Shown here one piece after another: positions 47,566-57,445 of a stretch of 64,000 bases of DNA. Made by a program: the position numbers and the translations under genes. Numbering within the stretch: position 1 is the first letter of the stretch; every line of letters starts with the position of its first letter. This stretch comes from a virus (lineage: Duplodnaviria > Caudoviricetes): the IMG/VR virus record IMGVR_UViG_3300027672_001796. One strand, given 5' to 3'. Below the pieces are notes generated by a model. The model did not search any database. It was not told where the DNA came from and was given only the letters and a program-made list of their open reading frames with translations.

Positions 47566-47949
47566 TTATTTAAGTTTTGGGTCGATACTTCTAACTAACT
47601 GAATACTTCTTCTTTTGATCCGCTTTTTAAGTATGTTTTGCATACTAGTTACAGGCCCAAACAATATTTCAGTTTCTTTTAGAATAAACGTACTAACACA
47701 GTGCCTGAATTCTTGCATTTCATGGAATAAAAATACATCAATTGGTAACATCCTGTTAGATTCCCACCACCATAAGTCTCCACAATCCATCATGATTTTC
47801 TTTTCTTCACTGTTACGACATTTGTCAATATCGTAAAAACTTATAATCTGGTTGTCCTTGTTTTGCACAATGCCGACATAGTCTTTGCCATTGTACGCCA
47901 TTCCAGTTAAAAAAGGGAATTTCTCTTGTAGGTTAGTCTCATTAGTCAT
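47566..47949 (-). CDS. Hypothetical protein on the opposite strand
   Basis: Exact TATAAATA upstream; CGDLWWWESNRMLPI. Confidence 0.7.
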   Translation of the reverse strand: MTNETNLQEKFPFLTGMAYNGKDYVGIVQNKDNQIISFYDIDKCRNSEEKKIMMDCGDLWWWESNRMLPIDVFLFHEMQEFRHCVSTFILKETEILFGPVTSMQNILKKRIKRRSIQLVRSIDPKLK

Positions 47950-48003
47950 CAAAAGTATTTATAGTACAAATGGATAAATACATAACAAACATGGAATTAA
48001 ATA

Positions 48004-48831
48004 ATGTCCTTTAACGGTAGTCATACAATATATAATTTAGGAAACCAGTCGTTAGACTTAGTTTTAACGATAGAAGGCATAAAAACGGATAACAGACCTA
48101 TGAATCAAAATAAATTAACAGTCCACAAAGGGTTTAATAATAAGTTAAGTTTCTTTGTAAGAAATAGAGATAGAGCTTTGCAAAACATTAGCACCAAGGC
48201 CCTATATGCAACCATCATGAACCCAAACACCAAACGTAGAATAATGCTCAAGCAACTTACATTGGTAAACAGCGGTACTACTGGAGAAGCAACACTTGAT
48301 TTAGTCCCATCCGATTTAAGAAACATTGGCGCAGGACTTTACACAATTGCTATTACAGAATCTGCAGATAACGGTGCATCAGAGTATCCTTTATATGCAA
48401 ACCAAAATGATAGAATTGTAACTGACTTGGAAGTAAAGAGCTCTTTGGAGTACGAACCAATAGCAACACAAGAAACAACAACATTTACACAAACATCAAA
48501 CACTGATTTGGGCGATGCCGCCAATACGTTTGTTACTAGTGCAATGTACGGCAATATGGATAACGATCAGAACGGTAGCCATACATGTGCATTTTATATG
48601 ACTAGCTTTACTGGAAATATCACAATACAAGCAAGTGCATTAGAGACTACACCAAGCGAAACAGATTGGTATGATGTAAATGTGCAAGGAGACATCGGTT
48701 CTCCAAGTATGCCATACAACACAGCATTCAGTGGAGTAGATCCTTTCAACTTCAAGATTAACACTAATTGGATTAGGGTTAAATATCACCCAACAGCCGG
48801 CACAATAGATAAATTTCAACTAAGAAATTAA
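48004..48831 (+). CDS. Putative structural (baseplate, Ig-like) protein
   Basis: Late promoter at 47975-47980; beta-rich two-domain protein. Confidence 0.5.
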   Translation: MSFNGSHTIYNLGNQSLDLVLTIEGIKTDNRPMNQNKLTVHKGFNNKLSFFVRNRDRALQNISTKALYATIMNPNTKRRIMLKQLTLVNSGTTGEATLDLVPSDLRNIGAGLYTIAITESADNGASEYPLYANQNDRIVTDLEVKSSLEYEPIATQETTTFTQTSNTDLGDAANTFVTSAMYGNMDNDQNGSHTCAFYMTSFTGNITIQASALETTPSETDWYDVNVQGDIGSPSMPYNTAFSGVDPFNFKINTNWIRVKYHPTAGTIDKFQLRN

Positions 48832-48860
48832 TTGACTTCTTCGCATTAAGCTGTTATAAT
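48832..48860 (+). promoter_or_regulatory. Sigma70-like promoter with extended -10
   Basis: TTGACT-17-TATAAT with TG at the -15/-14 positions; ATG 8 nt later with no SD. Confidence 0.7.
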
Positions 48861-48868
48861 AACTGAAT

Positions 48869-49846
48869 ATGCATCATCATGAACTAGTAGACCAAGTACA
48901 TCGATTACTTATGGATAATTTGCCCTTAAACTCTGGCAAAACTCCTAGTGGTTGGATAACGTTTGATTGTCCTCTATGTAGCGACAAGAGAAAACGTGCA
49001 GGAGTAATTCAGAGTAATGCTAAAATAAGCTATCACTGTTTTAACTGTAGTTTTACAACTGGCTGGGCACCTAGTCCAAAGTTAGGTCATAAGTACAGGC
49101 AACTATGTGAGACATTAGGTGTGTCTAACAAGGATATACATAAAGTTGTTTTAGACTTAATGAAGCATTCCGAAGAATTAGAGATAGAAGACAGCACTGA
49201 GTATGTTTATACAGCGGCTAGTTTCGTAACACATCAATTACCAGAAGAAACTACACTAGTAGAACACATGGAAGATGGACACCCAATTAAAGAATATGCA
49301 CAACAACGTGGATTGCTAGGCAATTTCCCTTTGATGCACATTAACAACAGTCTATACAAAAAACGTTTAGTTGTTCCGTTTCTATATAACAACGAATTAG
49401 TAGGATGGACCGGCAGACACATTAGCCCACCTAACAAAGAAACTGCAAAGTACCTATTAAATGTACAACCAGGCTATGTGTTTAACATAGACAGGTATGT
49501 AGACAGTGATAGAGACTTTGTTATAGTAGTAGAAGGCGTATTTGATGCAATACTTATAGATGGCATAAGTGTTTTGGGTAATAGTGTAACACCTGAACAA
49601 GCACATTTGATTTCTAAACTTAATAAACGTGTTATACTATGTCCTGATAGAGATAGTGCAGGTAAAGACTTAATAGCAACAGCAGTAGAACTAGGATGGG
49701 AAGTAAGTTTTCCTAAATGGTCGTCTGAATGCAAAGATGTTGCCGATGCAGTAAACAAATATGGCAGGTTATTAACAATGAAGAGCATTACAGAAAATGC
49801 AGTTAGTAACGAACTTAAAATACAAGTTCAGGCAAAAATGCTATGA
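48869..49846 (+). CDS. gp61: DNA primase (Zn ribbon + TOPRIM, gp61-like)
   Basis: CPLC...HCFNC; VVEGVFDA; CPDRDSAG; KDVAD. Confidence 0.88.
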   Translation: MHHHELVDQVHRLLMDNLPLNSGKTPSGWITFDCPLCSDKRKRAGVIQSNAKISYHCFNCSFTTGWAPSPKLGHKYRQLCETLGVSNKDIHKVVLDLMKHSEELEIEDSTEYVYTAASFVTHQLPEETTLVEHMEDGHPIKEYAQQRGLLGNFPLMHINNSLYKKRLVVPFLYNNELVGWTGRHISPPNKETAKYLLNVQPGYVFNIDRYVDSDRDFVIVVEGVFDAILIDGISVLGNSVTPEQAHLISKLNKRVILCPDRDSAGKDLIATAVELGWEVSFPKWSSECKDVADAVNKYGRLLTMKSITENAVSNELKIQVQAKML

Positions 49847-50574
49847 CAAAATTATTTGTAAATGGATGTAGTTTTACAGCAGGTAATGGTGAAGTACATA
49901 CTGCTGATGGCGAACTGGCACCTCCGTTAGAGTATGTTTGGGCAAACCAAATACCCGAATTTGAATCTGTTACTAATTTAGCAATTAGAGGTGCGAGTAA
50001 CGATAGAATACTTCGTACCACAATGGAATATTTTAATTCTCGTAATGCTACAGACTATGTTGCAGTTATACAATGGACTAGTCCTTTGCGTTTTGAACGC
50101 TTTATACCTTCATGTAACGCATTTGCTGGCTTTTGTAATACAACGGGGAAGACTATTAGTTTTAACATGGATAATGCTAATGATTTAGAAAAGCTACAAA
50201 CCAATGGCATGTACGACAGGCTAACAGATGCGGCTGAGAAACAGTTAATGCATGGAAAGAGCATAACTGATTACCAGATAAATTTTTATAAGAAAGTTAT
50301 TTTGATGCAACAGTATTTAGACAGCAAAATGATACCGTATATATTTACATCAATGTCACTTTACAGCCATCTCCTTAGTGATGATGCTGACAAGGAACAA
50401 TACGAACTACATTTAAAGAACAATGTGGATACTGATAAATGGACAGCTCGACCGTTAACAATTTACCAAGAGCGTAATTTTATTAGTGCTGAAGATAAAC
50501 ACCCTAATGAAACCGGACATAAACTTATAGGCGATGCAATTTATAAAGAACTACAACAGAGGAATTATGTATGA
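49843..50574 (+). CDS. SGNH/GDSL-like protein
   Basis: VNGCSFTAG; NLAIRGASNDRI; DKHPNETGH. Confidence 0.7.
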   Translation: MTKLFVNGCSFTAGNGEVHTADGELAPPLEYVWANQIPEFESVTNLAIRGASNDRILRTTMEYFNSRNATDYVAVIQWTSPLRFERFIPSCNAFAGFCNTTGKTISFNMDNANDLEKLQTNGMYDRLTDAAEKQLMHGKSITDYQINFYKKVILMQQYLDSKMIPYIFTSMSLYSHLLSDDADKEQYELHLKNNVDTDKWTARPLTIYQERNFISAEDKHPNETGHKLIGDAIYKELQQRNYV

Positions 50575-51299
50575 ATAATTTGCTTGTGAATGGTTGTAGT
50601 TATACAGCAGGGTCTGGTATGGCTGGCGGAGACAACAATATATCTCCGATAGTATGGTCAAATCATTTAGCAGACAGATTCGATACTGTAGATAATCTTG
50701 CAATGGGCGGAGAGAGTAATGATAGAATAGTACGAACTACATTAGACTTTTGTAATAATCACGATATGACAGACTATGCTGTGATTATACAATGGACGTC
50801 AGTATATAGATCAGAATATTGGAATGCAGAGAGGAAAGAATGGGTAAATGTTGTTGTAAATAATGGACTTCAGGGTGCAGACGAATGGACACTTAGTACA
50901 AACGAGGACACCGATGGCAGAATTAGAGATGCATACGATAAAGAAATGAAATGGCTAAATTCGCCAAATGATTATAATATTGCATACTATAATAACATAC
51001 TAATACTACAAAACTATTTCGAGTATATGGATATTCCATATATGTTTAGTTGTATGACATTACAAGACCATCCTTGCTGTGACCCAACATTAATGGATCT
51101 AATGCATCTATTAAATAGAACAACTACAGAAATAAATTTAAGAAGATTGATGGATAAAAGCAAATGGTCAGAATTATCACTTGCAAAGTACTCAGGCGAT
51201 AACTATATTAGCCAAGAAGATAGCCATCCAAACTTAAAAGGTAATAAATTAATAGCACAGGCTTTATATAAGGAGCTCATGGAAAAATATGGAAGATAA
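50571..51299 (+). CDS. SGNH/GDSL-like protein (paralog)
   Basis: VNGCSYTAG; NLAMGGESNDRI; DSHPNLKGN. Confidence 0.7.
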   Translation: MNNLLVNGCSYTAGSGMAGGDNNISPIVWSNHLADRFDTVDNLAMGGESNDRIVRTTLDFCNNHDMTDYAVIIQWTSVYRSEYWNAERKEWVNVVVNNGLQGADEWTLSTNEDTDGRIRDAYDKEMKWLNSPNDYNIAYYNNILILQNYFEYMDIPYMFSCMTLQDHPCCDPTLMDLMHLLNRTTTEINLRRLMDKSKWSELSLAKYSGDNYISQEDSHPNLKGNKLIAQALYKELMEKYGR

Positions 51300-52668
51300 C
51301 AACTACACACCCGAAATACAAGAACTATTTTTAAGGTTTATTGTCAGTGACCCTGAACTATTTGTAAGGGTAAACACTATTGTACGCCCTTATATGTTTG
51401 ATAAGAAGTTTCAAAAGACAATAACATTCCTTCAAGAGCATACAACTGAATATAATGCAATACCTACTATTGACCAAATAGAAGCGACAACTGGTTTATT
51501 ACTAGAGCGTGTTGAAGGCATTAGTGATAACCATACAGACTGGTTTCTTGATAGTTTAGAAAGATTTTGTAGACACAAAGCACTAGAAAAAGCAATCTTG
51601 GATAGCACGGACTTATTAGAAACGGGCGATTATGGTGCAGTAGAGAATAAAATTAAAGAAGCAACACAGGTTAGTCTCGTAAAAGACTTAGGTCTTGAAT
51701 ATTTTGAAAATCCTAAAGAAAGATTGGAATGGATTAGAGCCCAAAGTGGTGCAACAAGTAGTGGCTGGAAAATGTTTGACCAAAAGTTATATGGTGGCAT
51801 GAACAGAGGCGAGATTACAATCTTTGCTGGAGGATCTGGTGCAGGTAAAAGTTTGTTCTTGCAGAACTTAGGTGTTAACTGGGCATTAGCAGGACTTAAT
51901 GTTGTATACATTAGTTTAGAGCTTAGTGAACAACTTATTAGTATGCGTTTAGATGCAATGGTCAGTGAACATAGTACTAGAGACATCATGCGTAATATAG
52001 ATGATGTTGATTTAAAAGTAAGAATGAAAGGTAAGAGTGCAGGCAAGTTCCGTATTAAGCAAATGTCGAGTGGTATTAATGCAAACGATATTAGAGCATA
52101 CGTTAGAGAGTATGAAATCAACCATGATGTTAAAGTAGACTGTTTACTTGTAGATTATTTAGACTTGATGAGTCCTATTAGTACAAAAATTAGTGCTAAT
52201 GACCAGTTTATTAAAGACAAATATGTATCTGAAGAATTGCGTAACATTGCAATGGAAAGAAACATACTATTTGCAACAGCATCTCAGTTAAACAGAGGAG
52301 CAGTAGAAGAAATTGAATTTGACCACAGTCATATTGCTGGTGGTATTAGTAAAATCCAAACAGCAGATAATGTTGTGGGTATCTTTACTAGTAATGCTAT
52401 GAGAGAACGTGGCAGATATCAAATACAGTTTATGAAAACACGTTCTAGTAGTGGAGTGGGCAGTAAAGTAGATTTAAAGTTTAATCCAGACACTTTAAGA
52501 GTTACAGATTTAGATGAAGATGACGATGATGCACTAACAGTAACAACAAATAGCCTAGTTAATCAGCTAAAAAGAACCAATACTATTAAAACAGACGAGC
52601 CAGAAGCATCCAGCACAGTTAACGCGGCATTAAACATTAGAGAGTTCATGAAGAAAAATGATGTCTAA
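51289..52668 (+). CDS. gp41: Replicative DnaB-like helicase, T4 gp41-like
   Basis: AGGSGAGKS; YISLELSE; LVDYLDLM; ASQLNR; QFMKTR. Confidence 0.95.
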   Translation: MEDNNYTPEIQELFLRFIVSDPELFVRVNTIVRPYMFDKKFQKTITFLQEHTTEYNAIPTIDQIEATTGLLLERVEGISDNHTDWFLDSLERFCRHKALEKAILDSTDLLETGDYGAVENKIKEATQVSLVKDLGLEYFENPKERLEWIRAQSGATSSGWKMFDQKLYGGMNRGEITIFAGGSGAGKSLFLQNLGVNWALAGLNVVYISLELSEQLISMRLDAMVSEHSTRDIMRNIDDVDLKVRMKGKSAGKFRIKQMSSGINANDIRAYVREYEINHDVKVDCLLVDYLDLMSPISTKISANDQFIKDKYVSEELRNIAMERNILFATASQLNRGAVEEIEFDHSHIAGGISKIQTADNVVGIFTSNAMRERGRYQIQFMKTRSSSGVGSKVDLKFNPDTLRVTDLDEDDDDALTVTTNSLVNQLKRTNTIKTDEPEASSTVNAALNIREFMKKNDV

Positions 52669-52700
52669 ATGATAAATATGACTATAACGAGAAATAATTT

Positions 52701-52949
52701 ATGAAAAAGTCAAGAAGTATATTAGAAGAATTGAACTCTATTAGCACAGATAGAAACAAGCACCACGTTTTGGAAAACAGAGTGGAGCACCTAGTTTCTA
52801 GTGCGGCTAACATTAAAGAGATATTATATTCTTTATACGAGGAAGATGTTGCATTGGATTTAGAACGTAGACTCATTAACAGCATTAAAAGTGGCGATCC
52901 TAAAAAATTCTCTCGAGGCATAAACAAAGCCACAAAAGAATCTAAATAA
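52701..52949 (+). CDS. Small late protein (putative core protein)
   Basis: Late promoter at 52673-52678; N-terminus MKKSRSILEE. Confidence 0.65.
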   Translation: MKKSRSILEELNSISTDRNKHHVLENRVEHLVSSAANIKEILYSLYEEDVALDLERRLINSIKSGDPKKFSRGINKATKESK

Positions 52950-52959
52950 GAGAACTTGT

Positions 52960-54378
52960 ATGAAACTCGATGAACTAACTAATGCAGAGATGGTACCAGG
53001 CGGTGTAAAGGATCGTTTAGCAAGGAAGAAAGCGGCTAACCCGGCACCAGCACAACCCACAGCAGAACCAACACCAGAACCTACAGGGCCTACAGGCGCT
53101 CCAGCTGGAACAGTTGTTTCTCAATCAAACGGCGAATTTTATACTAAGTCTGCAGAAGGTACTTGGGCACAGTCCGATGAAAAAGGAACGTTAACTGGCA
53201 GACCAGCTGAAAATCCTAACAGTTCAATGGCGTTAGAATTAGAAAAGCAGTCAGCTCAAGCAGGCGTACAACAGCCAACAGCTACACCAACTGCTACAGC
53301 TACACCAACTGCTACAGCAACACCAACACCAACTGCTACAGCACCAGCAACACCGAGACCTATTAGAAAAGGTGAATTACTTAAAGCATCAGACGGCTTT
53401 GTATACGAGTGGCAAGGTGCTCAATGGATTAATCAAAGAAACGGCAGAATGGCAACAAAGGAAGTAGGAGCAGAACTTACAAAGAAAGCACAGCCAGTAC
53501 AACCTACAGCAACAGCACAACCTACAGCAACAGCACAACCTACAGCAACAGCACAACCTACAGCAACAGCGGCACCAGTACAACCTACAGCAACAGCGGC
53601 ACCAGTTGCCCCACAGAAACCAGTTGGCGGAGTTGTACCACAAGCACCATCAACAGCAGGTATGAGTAGAAGCGGAGCACCGCAGGCAGAAATTGATCCT
53701 AAAACAGGAGTTGTTGCCGCACCAGAGCCAGAAGGCGTAATGGATAAGATTAAACGTGGAGCTCAAGCAGTAGGCGATAAAATTGCAACAGCGGCAGGTG
53801 GACCATTAGCAAGTAAAACAAGACAAAATCCTAATGCAACACGTGGTCAAAAAATTGGCGCAACAGTTGGAGCAGGACTTGGACGAGCAATGTCAGGTGG
53901 AGCAAAAGCTATAGGTCAAATGATGAAAAAGAGAGGCGGACAAGCACCAGCACAAGGTCAAGCACAACCTAAAGCATTAAAGCCAGTCCCAGGGCCTACT
54001 ACAGCAGAACTAAAAAGTTTACAAAAAAGAACACTAGGTGGTGATTTAGAAGCTGGCAAACAATTAGTTGCAACATTAAGTAATTTAAAGAAAGGCGGAT
54101 ATGATGCTGATAACTTTATACAAGCCGCCGCACCAGTATTAAAGAAAGGTGGACTACCGCAATCAGATCCACAAGCATACACACATTTTACTAAACTTGC
54201 TAGAAGTATGAGAGCAGAAGCATACAAGCATGTTTGTAAGATATTAGAACATGCTGGAATTAGTTGGGCTGACTTAGGATATGAAGTATTACTTTCAGAA
54301 TCAGTTACATCACATGTGATGTTAATAGAAACAAAAGACATACAACTATACAACCTCAAAAAATTATCAGGCATTTAA
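52960..54378 (+). CDS. Pro/Thr/Ala-rich putative internal virion protein
   Basis: MKLDELTNAE start; PTATA repeats; glycine-zipper-like segment. Confidence 0.75.
   Translation: MKLDELTNAEMVPGGVKDRLARKKAANPAPAQPTAEPTPEPTGPTGAPAGTVVSQSNGEFYTKSAEGTWAQSDEKGTLTGRPAENPNSSMALELEKQSAQAGVQQPTATPTATATPTATATPTPTATAPATPRPIRKGELLKASDGFVYEWQGAQWINQRNGRMATKEVGAELTKKAQPVQPTATAQPTATAQPTATAQPTATAAPVQPTATAAPVAPQKPVGGVVPQAPSTAGMSRSGAPQAEIDPKTGVVAAPEPEGVMDKIKRGAQAVGDKIATAAGGPLASKTRQNPNATRGQKIGATVGAGLGRAMSGGAKAIGQMMKKRGGQAPAQGQAQPKALKPVPGPTTAELKSLQKRTLGGDLEAGKQLVATLSNLKKGGYDADNFIQAAAPVLKKGGLPQSDPQAYTHFTKLARSMRAEAYKHVCKILEHAGISWADLGYEVLLSESVTSHVMLIETKDIQLYNLKKLSGI
53500..53607 (+). repeat. 18-nt tandem repeat (QPTATA x4) plus two APV-interrupted copies
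   Basis: caacctacagcaacagca repeated; a related ATPTAT run lies at ~53275-53345. Confidence 0.9.
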
Positions 54379-54379
54379 A

Positions 54380-55660
54380 ATGAATATTAATGAGATAGCA
54401 AAGCCTCTTATTACACAATTACTTACAGAGAGTCATTTTCAAGAAGGTAAGGAAGGTAAGAATACTCATTTAGAGCATTTAGAGGATAACATCTTTAACA
54501 AAGGATATCCCGGAGCCAAAGAAGCAGTAAATTATTTGTATAGTTTACATGATATGCTAGATGGCAAATCACAACAAGCAGTAAGCATGACAACTAAGTG
54601 GGACGGCGCTCCAGCCATTATTGCTGGCAAAGATCCAGCAACTGGTAAGTTCTTTGTAGGCACCAAAGGCGTATTTGCAAAAATTCCTAAAATGAATTTT
54701 ACCACTAACGACATCAAACTAAATCATCCTGGACAAGATGACCTGCAGAATAAATTAGCATTAGCATTAACTAAATTAAGTAAACTAACTTGGAATACAG
54801 TAGCACAGGGAGATTTTCTTTTTGCGAAAGACACTCTAAGTGAAAAAGAAATTGATGGAGAAAGTTATTTAATTTTTAAACCTAACACATTAGTATATGC
54901 TGTGCCTTCCCAAAGCGAACTGTCTAGTCAGATAGTAAAAAGTGATATAGGTATTGTTTGGCATACAGAATATGTAGGCGGTCCAACATTAGCAGACACT
55001 CAAGCAAAGTTTGGATTTGATAGTAGTGTATTAGGACAAGCACCTGGTGTTTGGCACAGAGATGCAATTATTAAAGACCTTAGTGGCACAGTTACATTTA
55101 CTGCTACTGAAAGTGCAGACATTATGTCGGCTATTGCTACAGCAGACCAGTACTTAAAAACTGTAGACCAGGATACATTTGCTTGGTTAGGACAGGGCAC
55201 AGACTTAGTAGGCAAAGAGTTCTTACAGCAATTAAAAGCACATGCAAACAATCAAGTAAGGCAAGGACATTTTGACGAACCTACTAAATTTGCACAAGGC
55301 TTTGTACAAAAATATATAGACTACATGACAAAAGAAATAGACAAAGTTAAAACACAAAAAAGTATCGATGCTAAAACAGAAAAAATGGTAGCAGGCGTTA
55401 AATTTATTAGAGAACATTTACAAAGTATTGTATCAGTGTATGACTTATATTTAAAACTTATTGAAGCAAAAATTAAAATAGTTAAGAAGCTAGAACAAAT
55501 CCGTGTAATGAATACATTTGTACCAACAGAAGATGGATATGAAGTAACAGGCGAAGAAGGCTTTGTTGCAGTTGACAGAATGGGCAATGCATTAAAACTG
55601 GTAGACAGATTAGAGTTTAGTAGACTTAACTTTGGATCAGGTAAACCTAGTGGAAAATAA
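54380..55660 (+). CDS. Conserved T4-like phage protein (DUF6267-like)
   Basis: KNTHLEHLED; TTKWDGAPAI; FFVGTKGVF; FKPNT; EGFVAVD...KLVDRLEFSRLNF. Confidence 0.7.
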   Translation: MNINEIAKPLITQLLTESHFQEGKEGKNTHLEHLEDNIFNKGYPGAKEAVNYLYSLHDMLDGKSQQAVSMTTKWDGAPAIIAGKDPATGKFFVGTKGVFAKIPKMNFTTNDIKLNHPGQDDLQNKLALALTKLSKLTWNTVAQGDFLFAKDTLSEKEIDGESYLIFKPNTLVYAVPSQSELSSQIVKSDIGIVWHTEYVGGPTLADTQAKFGFDSSVLGQAPGVWHRDAIIKDLSGTVTFTATESADIMSAIATADQYLKTVDQDTFAWLGQGTDLVGKEFLQQLKAHANNQVRQGHFDEPTKFAQGFVQKYIDYMTKEIDKVKTQKSIDAKTEKMVAGVKFIREHLQSIVSVYDLYLKLIEAKIKIVKKLEQIRVMNTFVPTEDGYEVTGEEGFVAVDRMGNALKLVDRLEFSRLNFGSGKPSGK

Positions 55661-56423
55661 TTTAGACTTAAAGTTAGTTAATAAAGAGTTATGTGAAAGC
55701 AAGTTATATAGATCAACGTCTGGCTTTAAAAGTCTGACAGGTAGAGATATTGCAGATTTATTTTATTTGCAAACACTAAGTCTTATAATGATGTATCAAG
55801 ATAACAAGCAACAGGACTATGCGTTAGTGTATGCAAGAAAAACATGCCAGTATGGACCCTATGCAGTTTTTAGAACAGCGGCAACTGACTTGTACATGTT
55901 AGGGTTTGCTATTAACAATCCTGACTACCAAAGTTTAAAGTTTAAAAGTAAAGATGTAAGTTTTTTAAATTCTTTACAATTCCAAAACAGAAAGCATTAT
56001 GCTTTTATGCAACGTGTACAACGACAGGGTCTTAGTAAAAGTGATATTACAACAACTCTGTTTAGGTTCGAATCACAATTACAAATTAAAAATCCAATAC
56101 TTAAACAGTTAAGACGATTAATTATAAGTTGGCCCAGTCTAAAATTTGCTCAACGACAGTTAGTTGTTAGTAAAATAATCCAGTTAATGAGATTAAAAGG
56201 AAGAGGCAGTGAGATATTTACTCAAGTAAGTTCAATGAGCTCTAGAAAGGAACTTAAACCTATACCAAAAACATCGACTCTTAAACGTGCCGCTGGTACG
56301 GCAGTTGGTGCCTATGCAGGAAGTAAAATCTTGCCAAGAGTATCAAGTAAAATATCATCTGTTTCAGGTGCCGGCATTGGCGCAATCGCAGGGTATTGGG
56401 CAAGTGGACGAAAAAAGGCATAA
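55632..56423 (+). CDS. Hypothetical protein with C-terminal glycine zippers (GTG at 55650 is an alternative start)
   Basis: ELCE|S site; AAGTAVGAYAG and GAGIGAIAGYW. Confidence 0.7.
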   Translation: MDQVNLVENNLDLKLVNKELCESKLYRSTSGFKSLTGRDIADLFYLQTLSLIMMYQDNKQQDYALVYARKTCQYGPYAVFRTAATDLYMLGFAINNPDYQSLKFKSKDVSFLNSLQFQNRKHYAFMQRVQRQGLSKSDITTTLFRFESQLQIKNPILKQLRRLIISWPSLKFAQRQLVVSKIIQLMRLKGRGSEIFTQVSSMSSRKELKPIPKTSTLKRAAGTAVGAYAGSKILPRVSSKISSVSGAGIGAIAGYWASGRKKA

Positions 56424-56437
56424 GGATAAATAGTTGT

Positions 56438-56971
56438 ATGAAAATAAGTGAAATAGAAGCACCGGGCAAAACCTTAGACCAATTACATAAAGAATGGGTA
56501 GTAGCTTATAGTCCGGACGGTGCCACTCAAGCGAGGGTATGGTCACAGGCAATTAAAGCCCAGGCGGCTGGTATGGAACCAGCAAGAGCACATAATTCTG
56601 CATTGTCGGCTGTTAATAGTAGTAATGATCGCAGACAAGATAGGGCGTTAAACCAACGACAAGCTGATAGAAAAGACAAGCCGTTTGTTGGCGTACCAAT
56701 GAAGCAAAAAGGAACTCCACCCACTGCATCAGATTCACCCAAAACTAGAGGCGGACAAATAGGTAACCAAAATGCTTATAGAGGCGGCCCAAAAGCAAAA
56801 GCTGGTCCAGGCAAGAACGCGATTGACGTAATGAAAGACAAATGGGACGATTTCAACAAAGTTGATGGTTTAGCAGGCAAATCTGCCGCTAAAGGAAGTA
56901 TGATATCAAAATATCTCAATAAAGCCGCCGGCGAGATAGTAGCAATGGGTGATAGAGCCCGAAGGAAGTAA
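56438..56971 (+). CDS. Basic putative internal protein
   Basis: TAAATA-gttgt-ATG; MKISEIE start; GGQIGNQNA motif. Confidence 0.7.
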   Translation: MKISEIEAPGKTLDQLHKEWVVAYSPDGATQARVWSQAIKAQAAGMEPARAHNSALSAVNSSNDRRQDRALNQRQADRKDKPFVGVPMKQKGTPPTASDSPKTRGGQIGNQNAYRGGPKAKAGPGKNAIDVMKDKWDDFNKVDGLAGKSAAKGSMISKYLNKAAGEIVAMGDRARRK

Positions 56972-57057
56972 TACCTATTTAACTACAATAAAACACTCTT
57001 AAAATCTCCTATTTTGCATAAATAAACGTAACATTAACAAATTCTAGGAGAATTAAC

Positions 57058-57426
57058 ATGGCACAAACTCAAAACACAGGCGCCGCAGTAGCACCAGGTC
57101 ACTATAGTGGTCTTCCTCTTGCAGGCGTTCAAGTAGATTTCGGTGTTGACGTTTCAGCTAAATTGGCTGTAGGCGGAGCATTAGATATATTTTTAAAAGC
57201 AGTCGGTAACGAAGGCTTAACACCAGTAGCAGTTGGCACAGTCGACGCAACAGGTGGAGCAGGACAAGGACTTAAGGTTCTTTTCGAAGGCACACATGGA
57301 ACAGACAAATATGACGGAACTAACAGTGAAGCTCTAGCGGCTCATTTGGAAGACGTTGTAATTGCTCTTACAGACGCTGATGGCGTTACATGGGCTAACG
57401 TAACTGTTGTAGCATTTACTCTTTAA
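57058..57426 (+). CDS. Small Ala/Gly/Val-rich virion protein (decoration-like)
   Basis: Own late promoter (57019-57024), SD aggag and terminator. Confidence 0.75.
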   Translation: MAQTQNTGAAVAPGHYSGLPLAGVQVDFGVDVSAKLAVGGALDIFLKAVGNEGLTPVAVGTVDATGGAGQGLKVLFEGTHGTDKYDGTNSEALAAHLEDVVIALTDADGVTWANVTVVAFTL

Positions 57427-57445
57427 GATTAAATCACAAACATTT

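Noticed and set aside
28141-52668. Inteins or introns in terminase, UvsX, UvsW, primase or helicase
   Set aside because: Lengths are typical, the ORFs are uninterrupted, and no intein terminal or LAGLIDADG/HNH motifs were seen.
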